Shown in pieces: positions 27,398-36,080 of a DNA stretch of 53,389 nt. The notes below the pieces were generated by a model that was given only the letters and a program-made list of their open reading frames with translations, was not told where the DNA came from and searched no databases. Numbering within the stretch: the first letter of the stretch is position 1; each line of letters opens with the position of its first letter. The translations under genes were made by a program, and so were the position numbers. This DNA comes from Sphingomonadales bacterium (GTDB lineage Bacteria; Pseudomonadota; Alphaproteobacteria; Rhodobacterales; Rhodobacteraceae): the NCBI GenBank assembly GCA_014763785.1, contig JACXUS010000001.1:1-53389 (forward strand). The letters run 5' to 3'.

Positions 27398-27988
27398 ATG
27401 AAGCGGGCGTGGCAAAGGATGCTGTCGGGGCGCAGGCTGGACCTGCTCGACCCGACGCCGATGGATATCGAGATCGAGGATATCGCGCATGGGCTGGCCT
27501 TCGTCGCGCGCTGGAACGGCCAGACTTTAGGCGATTTCGCCTATTCGGTGGCCGAGCATTCGATTCTGGTGGAAGAGCTGTTTTCCCGTGCCAATCCCGG
27601 CATTGGCACGCGCTGGCAGCTGGCGGCGCTGTTGCATGATGCGCCCGAATATGTGCTGGGCGACATGATCAGCCCGGTGAAGGCGGCGATCGGCGTGGGC
27701 TATGGGGAACTGGATGCGCGGCTGACGGCGGCGGTGCATCTGCGCTTTGGCCTGCCCGCGATCCTGCCTGCGCCGATCAAGAAGGCGATCAAGGCGGCGG
27801 ACACGATCTCTGCCCGGCTCGAGGCCGAGCAGATCGCGGGATTTTCGACGGCAGAGGCGGACAGGATCTTCGGGCGGCCCGATCCGGGCCTGATCCGGGG
27901 GTTGGCGATCCGCCTGCGCCCCCCGGCCGAGGTGCGCGCGGCCTTTACCGCGCGCCATCAAGAACTGCTGTCGCAGCTCAGCGGTTGA
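27398..27988 (+). CDS. HD-domain hydrolase (YfbR/YfdR-like)
   Basis: RAWQRMLSGRRLDLLDP, DIAHGL...RWNGQ, SVAEHS, LLHDAPEY..GD. Confidence 0.88.
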   Translation: MKRAWQRMLSGRRLDLLDPTPMDIEIEDIAHGLAFVARWNGQTLGDFAYSVAEHSILVEELFSRANPGIGTRWQLAALLHDAPEYVLGDMISPVKAAIGVGYGELDARLTAAVHLRFGLPAILPAPIKKAIKAADTISARLEAEQIAGFSTAEADRIFGRPDPGLIRGLAIRLRPPAEVRAAFTARHQELLSQLSG

Positions 27989-28070
27989 ACTTCACGGCGG
28001 CCTTCTGGGCCGGGCGCACGGGCGTGCCGCCCATGGCAAGCGTGAACACATCTGCAAGCATACGGATCAT
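27978..28070 (-). CDS. Putative 30-aa small protein MIRMLADVFTLAMGGTPVRPAQKAAVKFNR divergent from hvrB
   Basis: Strong SD GAAAGGAG 7 nt before the ATG; mostly G/C-ending codons; TGA overlaps the end of the convergent HD gene. Confidence 0.65.
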   Translation of the reverse strand: MIRMLADVFTLAMGGTPVRPAQKAAVKFNR

Positions 28071-28130
28071 TTTCGATCTCCTTTCCATAGCTCGAGGCGC
28101 TTATTTGGTTTGACTCGAGCAAATTTGCGA

Positions 28131-28167
28131 GTCAGGAATTTTGTCATAACTGTTAGGAATTCTAACA
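28131..28167. promoter_or_regulatory. LysR operator (recognition site plus weaker second site)
   Basis: Dyad TGTTAG-N5-CTAACA containing T-N11-A next to the hvrB ATG; degenerate copy GTCAGGAATTTTGTC 21 bp away. Confidence 0.75.
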
Positions 28168-28168
28168 T

Positions 28169-29047
28169 ATGAGCGAAATCGACTGGCGCAAGATGCCGGC
28201 GCTGACCGCGCTGCGGGCCTTTGCCGTCACCGCGCGAGAGGGCGGATTCAGCGCCGCCGCGCGTCGGTTGAACGTCACCCATGCCGCCGTGCAGCAGCAG
28301 GTGCGCGCGCTGGAAGAGGCGCTGAATTGCGCGCTGGTCTGGCGCGAGGGGAAGGCCCTGCACCTGACCCCTGAGGGCGAGCGGCTGGCCGCGGCGCTGC
28401 AAGACGGGTTCACGATGATCCAGACCGCGGTCGAAGGGCTGCGCGCGCAGGGCGCTGAAAAGCCGCTGACCGTGACCCTGCCGCCCGCCTTCGCCGCCGA
28501 ATGGTTGATGCCGCGGCTGGCGAAATTCTGGAAGCGGCACCCCGATGTGGCTTTGTCGCTGTTGCCCGAGCCGCGCACCGTCGATCTGCGCGAGGCGGGC
28601 GCGAGCCTTGGCATCCGCTTCGGCACCGGGCATTGGCCGGGCGTCGTGGCCGAGTTTCTGACCGCCGCGCCGCAGGTCGTGGTGGCGGCACCCGAATTGC
28701 TGGGCGGGCGGACGAAATTGTCCTTGCGGGAAATGTCGATGCTGCCCTGGGTGCGCGAACGCGATTGGCCCGAACAGATGCAGCTCTTGGAATCTATTGG
28801 CTTGAAACCCGCAGCGATGAAATTCGTCGATTTCCCGAATGAGGAATTGGCGCTGTCGGCGGCGCGCGAGGGAATTGGCCTGCATCTGGAAACCGAGGCG
28901 CTGATCGAGGAAGATCTGAAAATCGGCTGGCTCGTGAAAATCCACGAATTGCGCGACGATTCGCTGGGCTATTATGTGGTTCGGCCGCCAGGCCCGATGA
29001 GCACGGCGGCCAAGACCTTCATCGACTGGATGAAGGATGAAAGCTGA
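28169..29047 (+). CDS. hvrB: LysR-family regulator HvrB
   Basis: P.L.ALRAF...AR.G.FS.AA..LNVTHAAV.QQVR.LE HTH; WLMPRL..F; position between ahcY and hvrA as in R. capsulatus. Confidence 0.85.
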   Translation: MSEIDWRKMPALTALRAFAVTAREGGFSAAARRLNVTHAAVQQQVRALEEALNCALVWREGKALHLTPEGERLAAALQDGFTMIQTAVEGLRAQGAEKPLTVTLPPAFAAEWLMPRLAKFWKRHPDVALSLLPEPRTVDLREAGASLGIRFGTGHWPGVVAEFLTAAPQVVVAAPELLGGRTKLSLREMSMLPWVRERDWPEQMQLLESIGLKPAAMKFVDFPNEELALSAAREGIGLHLETEALIEEDLKIGWLVKIHELRDDSLGYYVVRPPGPMSTAAKTFIDWMKDES

Positions 29048-29362
29048 TCAGATCGCCAGATCGTCGAGCGATTTGCCCTCAGCCAGTGCCGCCTCGACCC
29101 ATTTCGGCTTGCGCCCGCGGCCGGTCCAGGTTTGCGAAGCATCGGCCGGATTGGCATATTTCGGCGCAACCGCCTTGCGGCTTTTCGCGCTGGAAACGCC
29201 GGTCAATTCCGCCAGCGAATACCCCATTTTCCGGGCGATTTCATCCAGCTCGCTCAGCGCTTCTTTTTTCTTGCGATCTTCATAAGTGACGATCGCCCGA
29301 TCGACCTTGGTGCGCAGTGCACGCAATTCGCTCAGCGACAGAGTATCGAGATCCATATCCAT
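29048..29362 (-). CDS. hvrA: H-NS-like nucleoid protein HvrA/Spb
   Basis: PKYANP....TWTGRGRKP.W motif; downstream of regA; start at 29362 (SD GGAGG) or 29356. Confidence 0.92.
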   Translation of the reverse strand: MDMDLDTLSLSELRALRTKVDRAIVTYEDRKKKEALSELDEIARKMGYSLAELTGVSSAKSRKAVAPKYANPADASQTWTGRGRKPKWVEAALAEGKSLDDLAI

Positions 29363-29387
29363 TTTAACCCTCCGGTTGTGCCGAGGG

Positions 29388-29396
29388 TTATCCACA
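29388..29396 (+). promoter_or_regulatory. Consensus DnaA box
   Basis: TTATCCACA in the regA-hvrA spacer; function unproven. Confidence 0.4.
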
Positions 29397-29428
29397 ATTG
29401 AAATCTTGATTTCAAGCGGGGATTTAAA

Positions 29429-29983
29429 TCAGCGCGGGCTGCGTTTTGCCAGAATGCGCTGCAGCGTACGGCGATGCATGTTCAGACGGCGCGCGGTTTC
29501 CGAGACATTCCGGTCGCACAATTCGTAAACCCGCTGGATATGTTCCCAGCGCACGCGATCGGCGCTCATCGGATTGTCGGGCGGCGGCGGCAGGGCCTCG
29601 CCCTTGGCCAGAAGCGCATTGGTGATGTCATTGGCATCGGCGGGCTTCGACAGATAATCGGTCGCGCCCATTTTCACCGCGGCCACCGCGGTGGCAATTG
29701 CACCATAGCCGGTCAGCACGACGATCCGCGCATCGGGGCGTTTCTCACGCAGCAATTCGACCACATCGAGCCCGTTGCCATCCTCGAGCCGCAGGTCGAT
29801 CACCGCATAGGCCGGCGGCCGGCTCTGCGCGATGGCCTTGCCCGCGGCGACGGTCTCGGCGGTTTCGGTCTGGAAACCGCGCTTTTCCATCGCACGGGCG
29901 AGCCGGGTCAGGAAAGGAACATCGTCATCCACCAGCAAAAGGCTGCGATCGGGTCCCAATTCCGTGAAATCGCCCTCGGCCAT
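29429..29983 (-). CDS. regA: Redox response regulator RegA/PrrA
   Basis: Receiver domain LLLVDDD, DLRL, KP; PPP linker; invariant RWEHIQRVYE.C.RNVSETARRLNMHRRTLQRILAKRSPR. Confidence 0.98.
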   Translation of the reverse strand: MAEGDFTELGPDRSLLLVDDDVPFLTRLARAMEKRGFQTETAETVAAGKAIAQSRPPAYAVIDLRLEDGNGLDVVELLREKRPDARIVVLTGYGAIATAVAAVKMGATDYLSKPADANDITNALLAKGEALPPPPDNPMSADRVRWEHIQRVYELCDRNVSETARRLNMHRRTLQRILAKRSPR

Positions 29984-30062
29984 CGTCCGCTCCCATTCCG
30001 TTTCGTGGATATGTCTTAAGCAATGCCGCGGCGCGGGTCAATTTTACCTGCGCCGCCGGGGC

Positions 30063-30701
30063 TCATTTCTGCGCGCCGTTCCACGCGTCGACGAAACAGG
30101 CAACTTGGTTGGCCATATCATCGGGCGTGGCATCGCGATTGAAGAATTCGACGAAGCCGATCTGGGGGAAGACCAGATAGGTCTGGGTCGAATGGTCGAT
30201 CAGCGTATAGGGGTCGCCCGGGGTCTGGACCTTGAAATAGGTGCGATAGGCCTTGGAGGCCGCCGCCACCTGCTCGGGCGAACCGGTCAGGCCCAGCATT
30301 TTGGGGTGCATGATATCGGTGAATTCGCGCAGCAGTTCAGGCGTGTCGCGTTCCGTATCGACGGAAATGAAGACCGGGGTCACGTCATAGCCGCGCTCGT
30401 CCAGCAGGCTGACGGCTTCGGCATTGCGCGAATTGTCGAGCGGGCAGACATCGGGGCAATAGGTATAGCCGAAATACAGAAGGCTCGGCTTGGTGATCAC
30501 ATCCGCGTCGGTCACCGTCTCGCCGGTCTCCGAGACCAGCGTGAACGGCCCGCCAATCGTCCCCGAGCCGCCGACGACCCCGCGGCGGCATTGCGCGAAC
30601 ATATCCGGATCGCCCGATTGCGTGGCAAACCAAGCGGTGCCGAGACCGGCGACAACAAGGGCGGTTGCGGCAATCGCCGCGGTCTTGGCAGTCAGGGGCA
30701 T
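30063..30701 (-). CDS. senC: SCO-family copper protein SenC/PrrC
   Basis: GGPF.L, YFGYTYCPDVC (CxxxC), DHS; N-terminal anchor. Confidence 0.95.
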   Translation of the reverse strand: MPLTAKTAAIAATALVVAGLGTAWFATQSGDPDMFAQCRRGVVGGSGTIGGPFTLVSETGETVTDADVITKPSLLYFGYTYCPDVCPLDNSRNAEAVSLLDERGYDVTPVFISVDTERDTPELLREFTDIMHPKMLGLTGSPEQVAAASKAYRTYFKVQTPGDPYTLIDHSTQTYLVFPQIGFVEFFNRDATPDDMANQVACFVDAWNGAQK

Positions 30702-30815
30702 GGCTCTTCCATTCAGCTTGCTTCATTGATCACCCTAGCGGACCCTATTATCAAGACCGGGTCGGTAAAATGTGACAACAGGACCCATCTTTTCGGGTCG
30801 CCGCGCGGGGGCCCC

Positions 30816-32201
30816 ATGCCGGAACGGATCACACATATGACGCGCCTGACGCAATCGCCGAAGGATTGGGTGCGGCTGCGCACGCTGATCATCCTGCGCT
30901 GGACGGCAATCGTCGGGCAGCTGGCGGCGATCTTCGTGGCCTGGGGCTGGTTCGATATCGCGCTCGATCTGCCCCTGTCGCTGGCGACGGTGGGCGCGGC
31001 GGTGGCGGCCAATCTGGTGGCGATCTTCCTGTTTCCGGAAAGCCGGCGGCTGAGCCAGACCGAGGTGATGGCGACGCTTCTGTTCGATACCGCGCAGCTG
31101 GCGGTGCTGCTGGCGCTGACGGGGGGGCTGAACAACCCCTTTGCGCTGCTCATTCTGGTGCCGGTGACCATCGCCGCAACCACGCTGGAGCGCGCGCCGA
31201 CCATCCTGCTGGGGCTGGCGACGATTGCGATGGTGAGCCTCGTGGCGCTGTTCAATCTGCCCTTGGTGACACGGGCGGGCGCGGTGATCGCGATGCCGCA
31301 GGTGATCGAGTTCGGCTATTGGGTGGCGATCGTGATCGGTGTCGCCTTCCTCGGCGTCTATGCCTATCGCATCACCTCCGAGGTGCAATCGATGAGCGAT
31401 GCGCTCTTGGCGACGCAGCTGGCCTTGGCGCGCGAGCAGAAGCTGACCGATCTGGGCGGCGTGGTGGCCGCGGCCGCGCATGAGCTGGGCACGCCGCTTG
31501 CGACGATCAAGCTGGTGGCCTCGGAGCTGGCCGATGAGCTGGAGGATCGCGAGATGCTGCGCGAGGATGCGCAGCTGATCTGCGAGCAGGCCGACCGCTG
31601 CCGCGATATCCTGCGCTCGATGGGGCGGGCGGGCAAGGATGACCTGCATCTGCGCACCGCACCCCTACTTGCGGTGCTGCGCGAGGCGGCCGAGCCGCAT
31701 CTGGAACGCGGCAAGGCGATCTATTTCGATGCCGTGCCCGGTCCCGGTGGCGCGGATCGCCAGCCGGTGATCCACCGCTCGCCCGAGCTGATCCATGCCC
31801 TGCGCAATCTGGTGCAGAATGCGGTGGATTTCGCGCAAAGCACGGTCTGGGTCGATGCGGAATGGACCGACCGCAGCCTGCTGGTGCGGGTGTCGGATGA
31901 TGGTCCGGGCTATCCGCATGGGCTGTTGGGGCGGATCGGCGATCCGTTTCTGTCCAGCCGCGGTACCGAACATGACCTGCGCCCGGGCTATGAGGGGATG
32001 GGGCTCGGCCTGTTCATCGCCAAGACACTGCTGGAACGCACCGGCGCCGAGATCCGCTTCCAGAACGGCGCCGAGCCCTTTGCCCGCACCGAAGGCCAGC
32101 CCGCGCGGTCCGGTGCGGTGGTCGAGCTGCGCTGGCCGCTGGCGCGTCTGGCGGCACCGACCGGCGGGGCATTGGGCGAAAATGTGCCCTTCACGGCGTG
32201 A
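30816..32201 (+). CDS. regB: Redox sensor histidine kinase RegB/PrrB
   Basis: RLRTL..LRW, quinone-binding GGLNNPF, H-box AHELGTPL, redox Cys DRCRDIL, N, D and G boxes. Confidence 0.97.
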   Translation: MPERITHMTRLTQSPKDWVRLRTLIILRWTAIVGQLAAIFVAWGWFDIALDLPLSLATVGAAVAANLVAIFLFPESRRLSQTEVMATLLFDTAQLAVLLALTGGLNNPFALLILVPVTIAATTLERAPTILLGLATIAMVSLVALFNLPLVTRAGAVIAMPQVIEFGYWVAIVIGVAFLGVYAYRITSEVQSMSDALLATQLALAREQKLTDLGGVVAAAAHELGTPLATIKLVASELADELEDREMLREDAQLICEQADRCRDILRSMGRAGKDDLHLRTAPLLAVLREAAEPHLERGKAIYFDAVPGPGGADRQPVIHRSPELIHALRNLVQNAVDFAQSTVWVDAEWTDRSLLVRVSDDGPGYPHGLLGRIGDPFLSSRGTEHDLRPGYEGMGLGLFIAKTLLERTGAEIRFQNGAEPFARTEGQPARSGAVVELRWPLARLAAPTGGALGENVPFTA

Positions 32202-32217
32202 GGGCTGTGGATTGTGC

Positions 32218-32233
32218 TTAACGGCACATTAAC
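32218..32233 (+). promoter_or_regulatory. Full CtrA binding site
   Basis: TTAA-CGGCACA-TTAAC, the exact TTAA-N7-TTAAC consensus, 47 nt before the divL-like start. Confidence 0.85.
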
Positions 32234-32280
32234 CAATTCCACCCGAATATGGGCTCGGGACAGCGAGAAAGGCCGAGTCG

Positions 32281-33894
32281 ATGCACATCGAATGGATGCA
32301 GGCGGTAATCATCGTGACGACATCGGTCGGGGCCGCGGTTCTGGCGCTGATGCTTCTGTCACTCGTTTACGGGCGCAAGCCGCCCGCGGCGGCGGTCAGC
32401 ATGCATCCGGTGCTGGAACAGACCGTGTTCCTGTTCGACGATCAGCAGCTGGTCGATGCGACGGGGCCCGGGCATCTGCTGCTCGATGTGGCGCCGATGG
32501 CGGCAACCGAATGGGCGCGGCTTTCGGCCTTCCTCACACCGCATTTCCGCGATTTCGACAAGGCGATGGCGAAGCTGGCCGAGCTGGGGCGGATCGAACT
32601 GACCGAGCGCCCCGAGATCGGTCAGGCCGCGAACGGGCAGATGCGCCTGATCGCCGAGGATGTGAACGGGCTGGCGCGGATCACGCTGATCGACCCTTCG
32701 GCCGAGGGCCGCGGGATTCTGGTCGATGGCTTGTCGCAGCGCGCGATGGAAGATGAGCTGGAGCTGCTGCGCCATACGCTCGATCTCTCGCCGCTGCTGA
32801 TCTGGCGCGAGGATGAGGATCGCTCGATCCTCTGGGCCAATCGCGCCTATATCCTGCGCTCGGGCGCCTTCGCCGAGAGCGACGAGGCCTTGGCCTGGCC
32901 CCTGCCGCGGCTGTTCGAGATTGCCGACGATACCAGCCTGACCGGGCCGCGGCGCCTGCGGCTCGACGAGGCCGAGGACCGGATTTCCTGGTTCGATTGC
33001 CATTCCTATTCGCTCGACCGCGGCCGGCTGCATTTCGCGCTGCCCGCCGATGCGACGGTGCGCGCGGAAAAGGCGCTGCGCGATTTCGTGCAGACGCTGA
33101 CCAAGACCTTCGCCGATCTGCCGATTGGTCTGGCGATCTTCGACCGGCAACGCCAGCTGCAGTTGTTCAACCCCGCGCTGATCGACCTGACGCAGCTTGG
33201 GCCGCAGTTCCTGTCCGGGCGGCCGACCCTCTATGCCTTCCTTGACCGGCTGCGCGAGGCGCGGATGATGCCCGAGCCCAAGGATTACCGGACCTGGCGG
33301 CTGAAGATGACCGAGCTGGAACAGGCCGCCGCCGCGGGCTTCCATTGCGAAACTTGGACCCTGCCCTCGGGTCAGACCTATCGGGTGACCGGCCGTCCGC
33401 ATCCCGATGGCGCGATCGCCTTTCTGTTCGAGGATATCTCCTCCGAGGTGTCGCTGACCCGGCGGTTCCGCGCCGAGCTGGAGATGGGCCAAGAGGTGCT
33501 CGATCTGATGAGCGAGGCGGTGGCGGTGTTCCAGCCCTCGGGCGAGCTGGCGATCTCGAATGCGGCTTTTGGGGCGCTTTGGGGGTTTGCGCCCGATGAG
33601 GGGCTGACCGGGATCACCCTGCTCGAGGCGGTGCGCCGCTGGCAGGGGGCGACCGAGCCCGCGCCGATCTGGGCCGAGCTGCGCGAGTTTTCGACCCGGT
33701 TGGGCGAGCGTGGCGCGATCTCGGCCGAGGTCAGGGCGCTGGACGGCCGCCGCTTCCGTTGCCGGTTCAGCGGAATGTCGGGTGGCAGCCTGATGGCGAG
33801 CTTCGTGACGCTCGAGGCCGCGCCGACGACGCCCGAGGTCAAGGGGCTCGCGCCCGCGCCCGCGGCGAAGCGGTCCAAGGTGCTCGCGCGCTAA
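32281..33894 (+). CDS. divL: Membrane-anchored multi-PAS protein without kinase domain (Rhodobacter DivL-like)
   Basis: N-terminal TM; PAS repeats (WANRAY; GLAIFD..RQL.LFNPA; G.T.RVTGRPHPDGA; AVF..SGEL..SN.AF); no HisKA; CtrA box; position after regB. Confidence 0.75.
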   Translation: MHIEWMQAVIIVTTSVGAAVLALMLLSLVYGRKPPAAAVSMHPVLEQTVFLFDDQQLVDATGPGHLLLDVAPMAATEWARLSAFLTPHFRDFDKAMAKLAELGRIELTERPEIGQAANGQMRLIAEDVNGLARITLIDPSAEGRGILVDGLSQRAMEDELELLRHTLDLSPLLIWREDEDRSILWANRAYILRSGAFAESDEALAWPLPRLFEIADDTSLTGPRRLRLDEAEDRISWFDCHSYSLDRGRLHFALPADATVRAEKALRDFVQTLTKTFADLPIGLAIFDRQRQLQLFNPALIDLTQLGPQFLSGRPTLYAFLDRLREARMMPEPKDYRTWRLKMTELEQAAAAGFHCETWTLPSGQTYRVTGRPHPDGAIAFLFEDISSEVSLTRRFRAELEMGQEVLDLMSEAVAVFQPSGELAISNAAFGALWGFAPDEGLTGITLLEAVRRWQGATEPAPIWAELREFSTRLGERGAISAEVRALDGRRFRCRFSGMSGGSLMASFVTLEAAPTTPEVKGLAPAPAAKRSKVLAR

Positions 33895-33934
33895 ATCGCT
33901 TGCGGCGCCGCGGGCAGGCACTAAAACTCGGGCC

Positions 33935-34411
33935 ATGGCCCAGATTGCGACCCTTGATTTGCCCGATGCCGATGCGACCCAGCATCTGGGCGAGAGCTTT
34001 GCCGATCTCGTGACGGCGGGGGATGTGCTCATGCTCGAAGGGCCGATCGGCGCGGGCAAGACGCATTTCGCCCGCTCGCTGATTCAGGCGCGTCTGGCGC
34101 GGCTTGACCGGCACGAGGATGTGCCCTCGCCGACCTTTACGCTGGTGCAGATCTATGACGCCGAGCCAGAGATCTGGCACGCCGATCTCTATCGCCTGAC
34201 CCACCCCGACGAGGTCGTCGAGCTTGGGCTGGAGGCCGCCTTCGAGACGGCAATCTGTCTGATCGAATGGCCCGACCGTCTGGCGGGGCTGGCGCCCGCG
34301 ACCGCCCTGACCCTGCGGTTCGAGCAAAGCCGGGATGGCGCCGCGCGCCGTGTCACGCTGTCGGGCGGGCCCGAGTGGGCGCTGCGCCTGGCCCGGATCG
34401 GGGGCGCATGA
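33935..34411 (+). CDS. tsaE: tRNA threonylcarbamoyladenosine biosynthesis ATPase
   Basis: G.IGAGKT, VPSPTFTL, H.DLYRL, IEWP. Confidence 0.95.
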   Translation: MAQIATLDLPDADATQHLGESFADLVTAGDVLMLEGPIGAGKTHFARSLIQARLARLDRHEDVPSPTFTLVQIYDAEPEIWHADLYRLTHPDEVVELGLEAAFETAICLIEWPDRLAGLAPATALTLRFEQSRDGAARRVTLSGGPEWALRLARIGGA

Positions 34412-35412
34412 TGTTCGCCACGCCAGAGGAAATTTCGGGCTTTCTTCAGGCGGCCGACTGGGCGCGCGCGCACCATGCGCCACTGGCGGGCGATGCCTCT
34501 GCGCGGCGCTACGAGCGGCTGACGCGCGGCGCCGATCGGGCCGTCCTGATGGTGGCGCCGCGCAGCGATGATCTGGGTCGCTTCACCCGGATGGCCCGCT
34601 GGCTGTGCGATCACGGATTTTCTGCCCCGCAGATCCTGGCCGCGGCGCCAGAGGCGGGGCTCTTGCTGCTCGAAGATCTGGGCGATGATCTGGTCTCGCG
34701 GCTGATCGCGGCCGATCCGGCGCGCGAGGCGCCGCTTTATGCCGAGATCACCGGCTTCCTGACGGCGCTGCGCGCGCTCCCGCCGCCCGATTTCCTTGCG
34801 CCGCTTGACGGGCCGCAGTTGGCCGATCTGGTGCGGCTGACCCCCGAATGGTATCCGACCCTGTCGCGCGACGCCGCCGAGGCGCTGCCCGCGGCACTTC
34901 AGGCCCGTTTCGAGGCATTGGACGACGGCCTGCGCGTGACCTGCCTGCGCGATTTCCACGCCGAGAATGCGCTTTGGCTGCCGGATCGGACAGGCGTAGC
35001 CCGGCTCGGTCTGCTGGATTTTCAGGATGCGGTGATCTGCCACCCGGCCTATGATCTGGTCTCGGCCCTGCAAGACGCCCGGCGTGACGTCAGCCCGGCC
35101 GTCGAGGCGGCAGAGCGTGCGCGCTATGCGCAGCAGAACGGGCTGGATCAGAGCCGCTTTTCGGCGATCTACGCCCTGCTCGGTGTGCAACGCGCGCTGC
35201 GCATTCTGGGCATTTTTGCGCGGCTCAGCCTTGCGATGGGCAAGCCCGGCTATGCCGATCTGATGCCGCGCAGCTGGGCCTATATCGCGCGCAACCTGAC
35301 CCATCCGGCGCTGGCCGCGCTGGCGCCGACGGTGCTGGCGGCGCTGCCTGCACCGACCCCCGACATCATCGAAAGGATCAAGGCGGAATGCGGCCTTCAC
35401 CCGATGCTCTGA
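34408..35412 (+). CDS. amgK: Anomeric MurNAc/GlcNAc kinase (APH phosphotransferase family)
   Basis: GDAS.RRYER, LEDLGD, RDFH.EN, DFQDA, YDLVS.LQDARR, G.QR.LR.LG.F.RL. Confidence 0.82.
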   Translation: MMFATPEEISGFLQAADWARAHHAPLAGDASARRYERLTRGADRAVLMVAPRSDDLGRFTRMARWLCDHGFSAPQILAAAPEAGLLLLEDLGDDLVSRLIAADPAREAPLYAEITGFLTALRALPPPDFLAPLDGPQLADLVRLTPEWYPTLSRDAAEALPAALQARFEALDDGLRVTCLRDFHAENALWLPDRTGVARLGLLDFQDAVICHPAYDLVSALQDARRDVSPAVEAAERARYAQQNGLDQSRFSAIYALLGVQRALRILGIFARLSLAMGKPGYADLMPRSWAYIARNLTHPALAALAPTVLAALPAPTPDIIERIKAECGLHPML

Positions 35413-36080
35413 TGCTGTTCGCGGCCGGGTTCGGTACCCGCATGGGCGCGCTCACCGCGTATCGGCCCAAGCCGTTGGTCGAGGTCGCGGGGCGGCCGCT
35501 GATTGCCCATGCGCTGGATCTGGTGACCGGCGCGGATATCGGTCGCGTGGTCGCCAATGTGCATTATCGCGCCGCTCAGATGACCGCATATCTGGCCGGA
35601 CGCGGGATCGCGATTTCCGATGAAAGCGGCGATATCCTCGAGACCGGCGGCGGTCTTCGTCTGGCCTTGCCGCAGCTGGGGCCGGGGCCGGTGTTCACAT
35701 TGAATACCGATGCAGCCTGGACAGGCCCAAATGTGCTGGAGCGGCTGCGGGCCAGCTGGTCGCCCGATCGGATGGGCGCGCTCTTGGCGCTGGTGCCGAC
35801 CGAACGCGCGATCGGCTATCGCGGCGCGGGGGATTTCGCGCTCGACCCGCAGGGGCGGATCACCCGCGGCGCGGCCTATGTCTATACCGGCGCGCAGATC
35901 CTCGATCCGGCTGGAATAGAGACGATTCCGGAGCGCGTCTTCTCGCTCAACCGCCTGTGGGACCGGATGATCGCCGAGGGCCGCGCCCATGGTCTCGTGC
36001 ATGAGGGCGGCTGGTGCGATGTCGGACGCCCCGAGAGCATTCCCCTGGCCGAGGCGATGCTGAGGGCCGCAGATGTCTGA
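35388..36080 (+). CDS. murU: MurNAc-1-phosphate uridylyltransferase-like nucleotidyltransferase
   Basis: FAAG.GTRM..LT..RPKPL, LETGGG, W.DVG.P; paired with amgK. Confidence 0.8.
   Translation: MRPSPDALMLFAAGFGTRMGALTAYRPKPLVEVAGRPLIAHALDLVTGADIGRVVANVHYRAAQMTAYLAGRGIAISDESGDILETGGGLRLALPQLGPGPVFTLNTDAAWTGPNVLERLRASWSPDRMGALLALVPTERAIGYRGAGDFALDPQGRITRGAAYVYTGAQILDPAGIETIPERVFSLNRLWDRMIAEGRAHGLVHEGGWCDVGRPESIPLAEAMLRAADV

Noticed and set aside
29388-29396. Replication origin at the DnaA box
   Set aside because: One box in a 66-nt spacer, with no box cluster or unwinding element
30702-30815. RegA binding sites in the senC-regB spacer
   Set aside because: Expected biologically, but the GC-rich degenerate consensus cannot be placed reliably by eye
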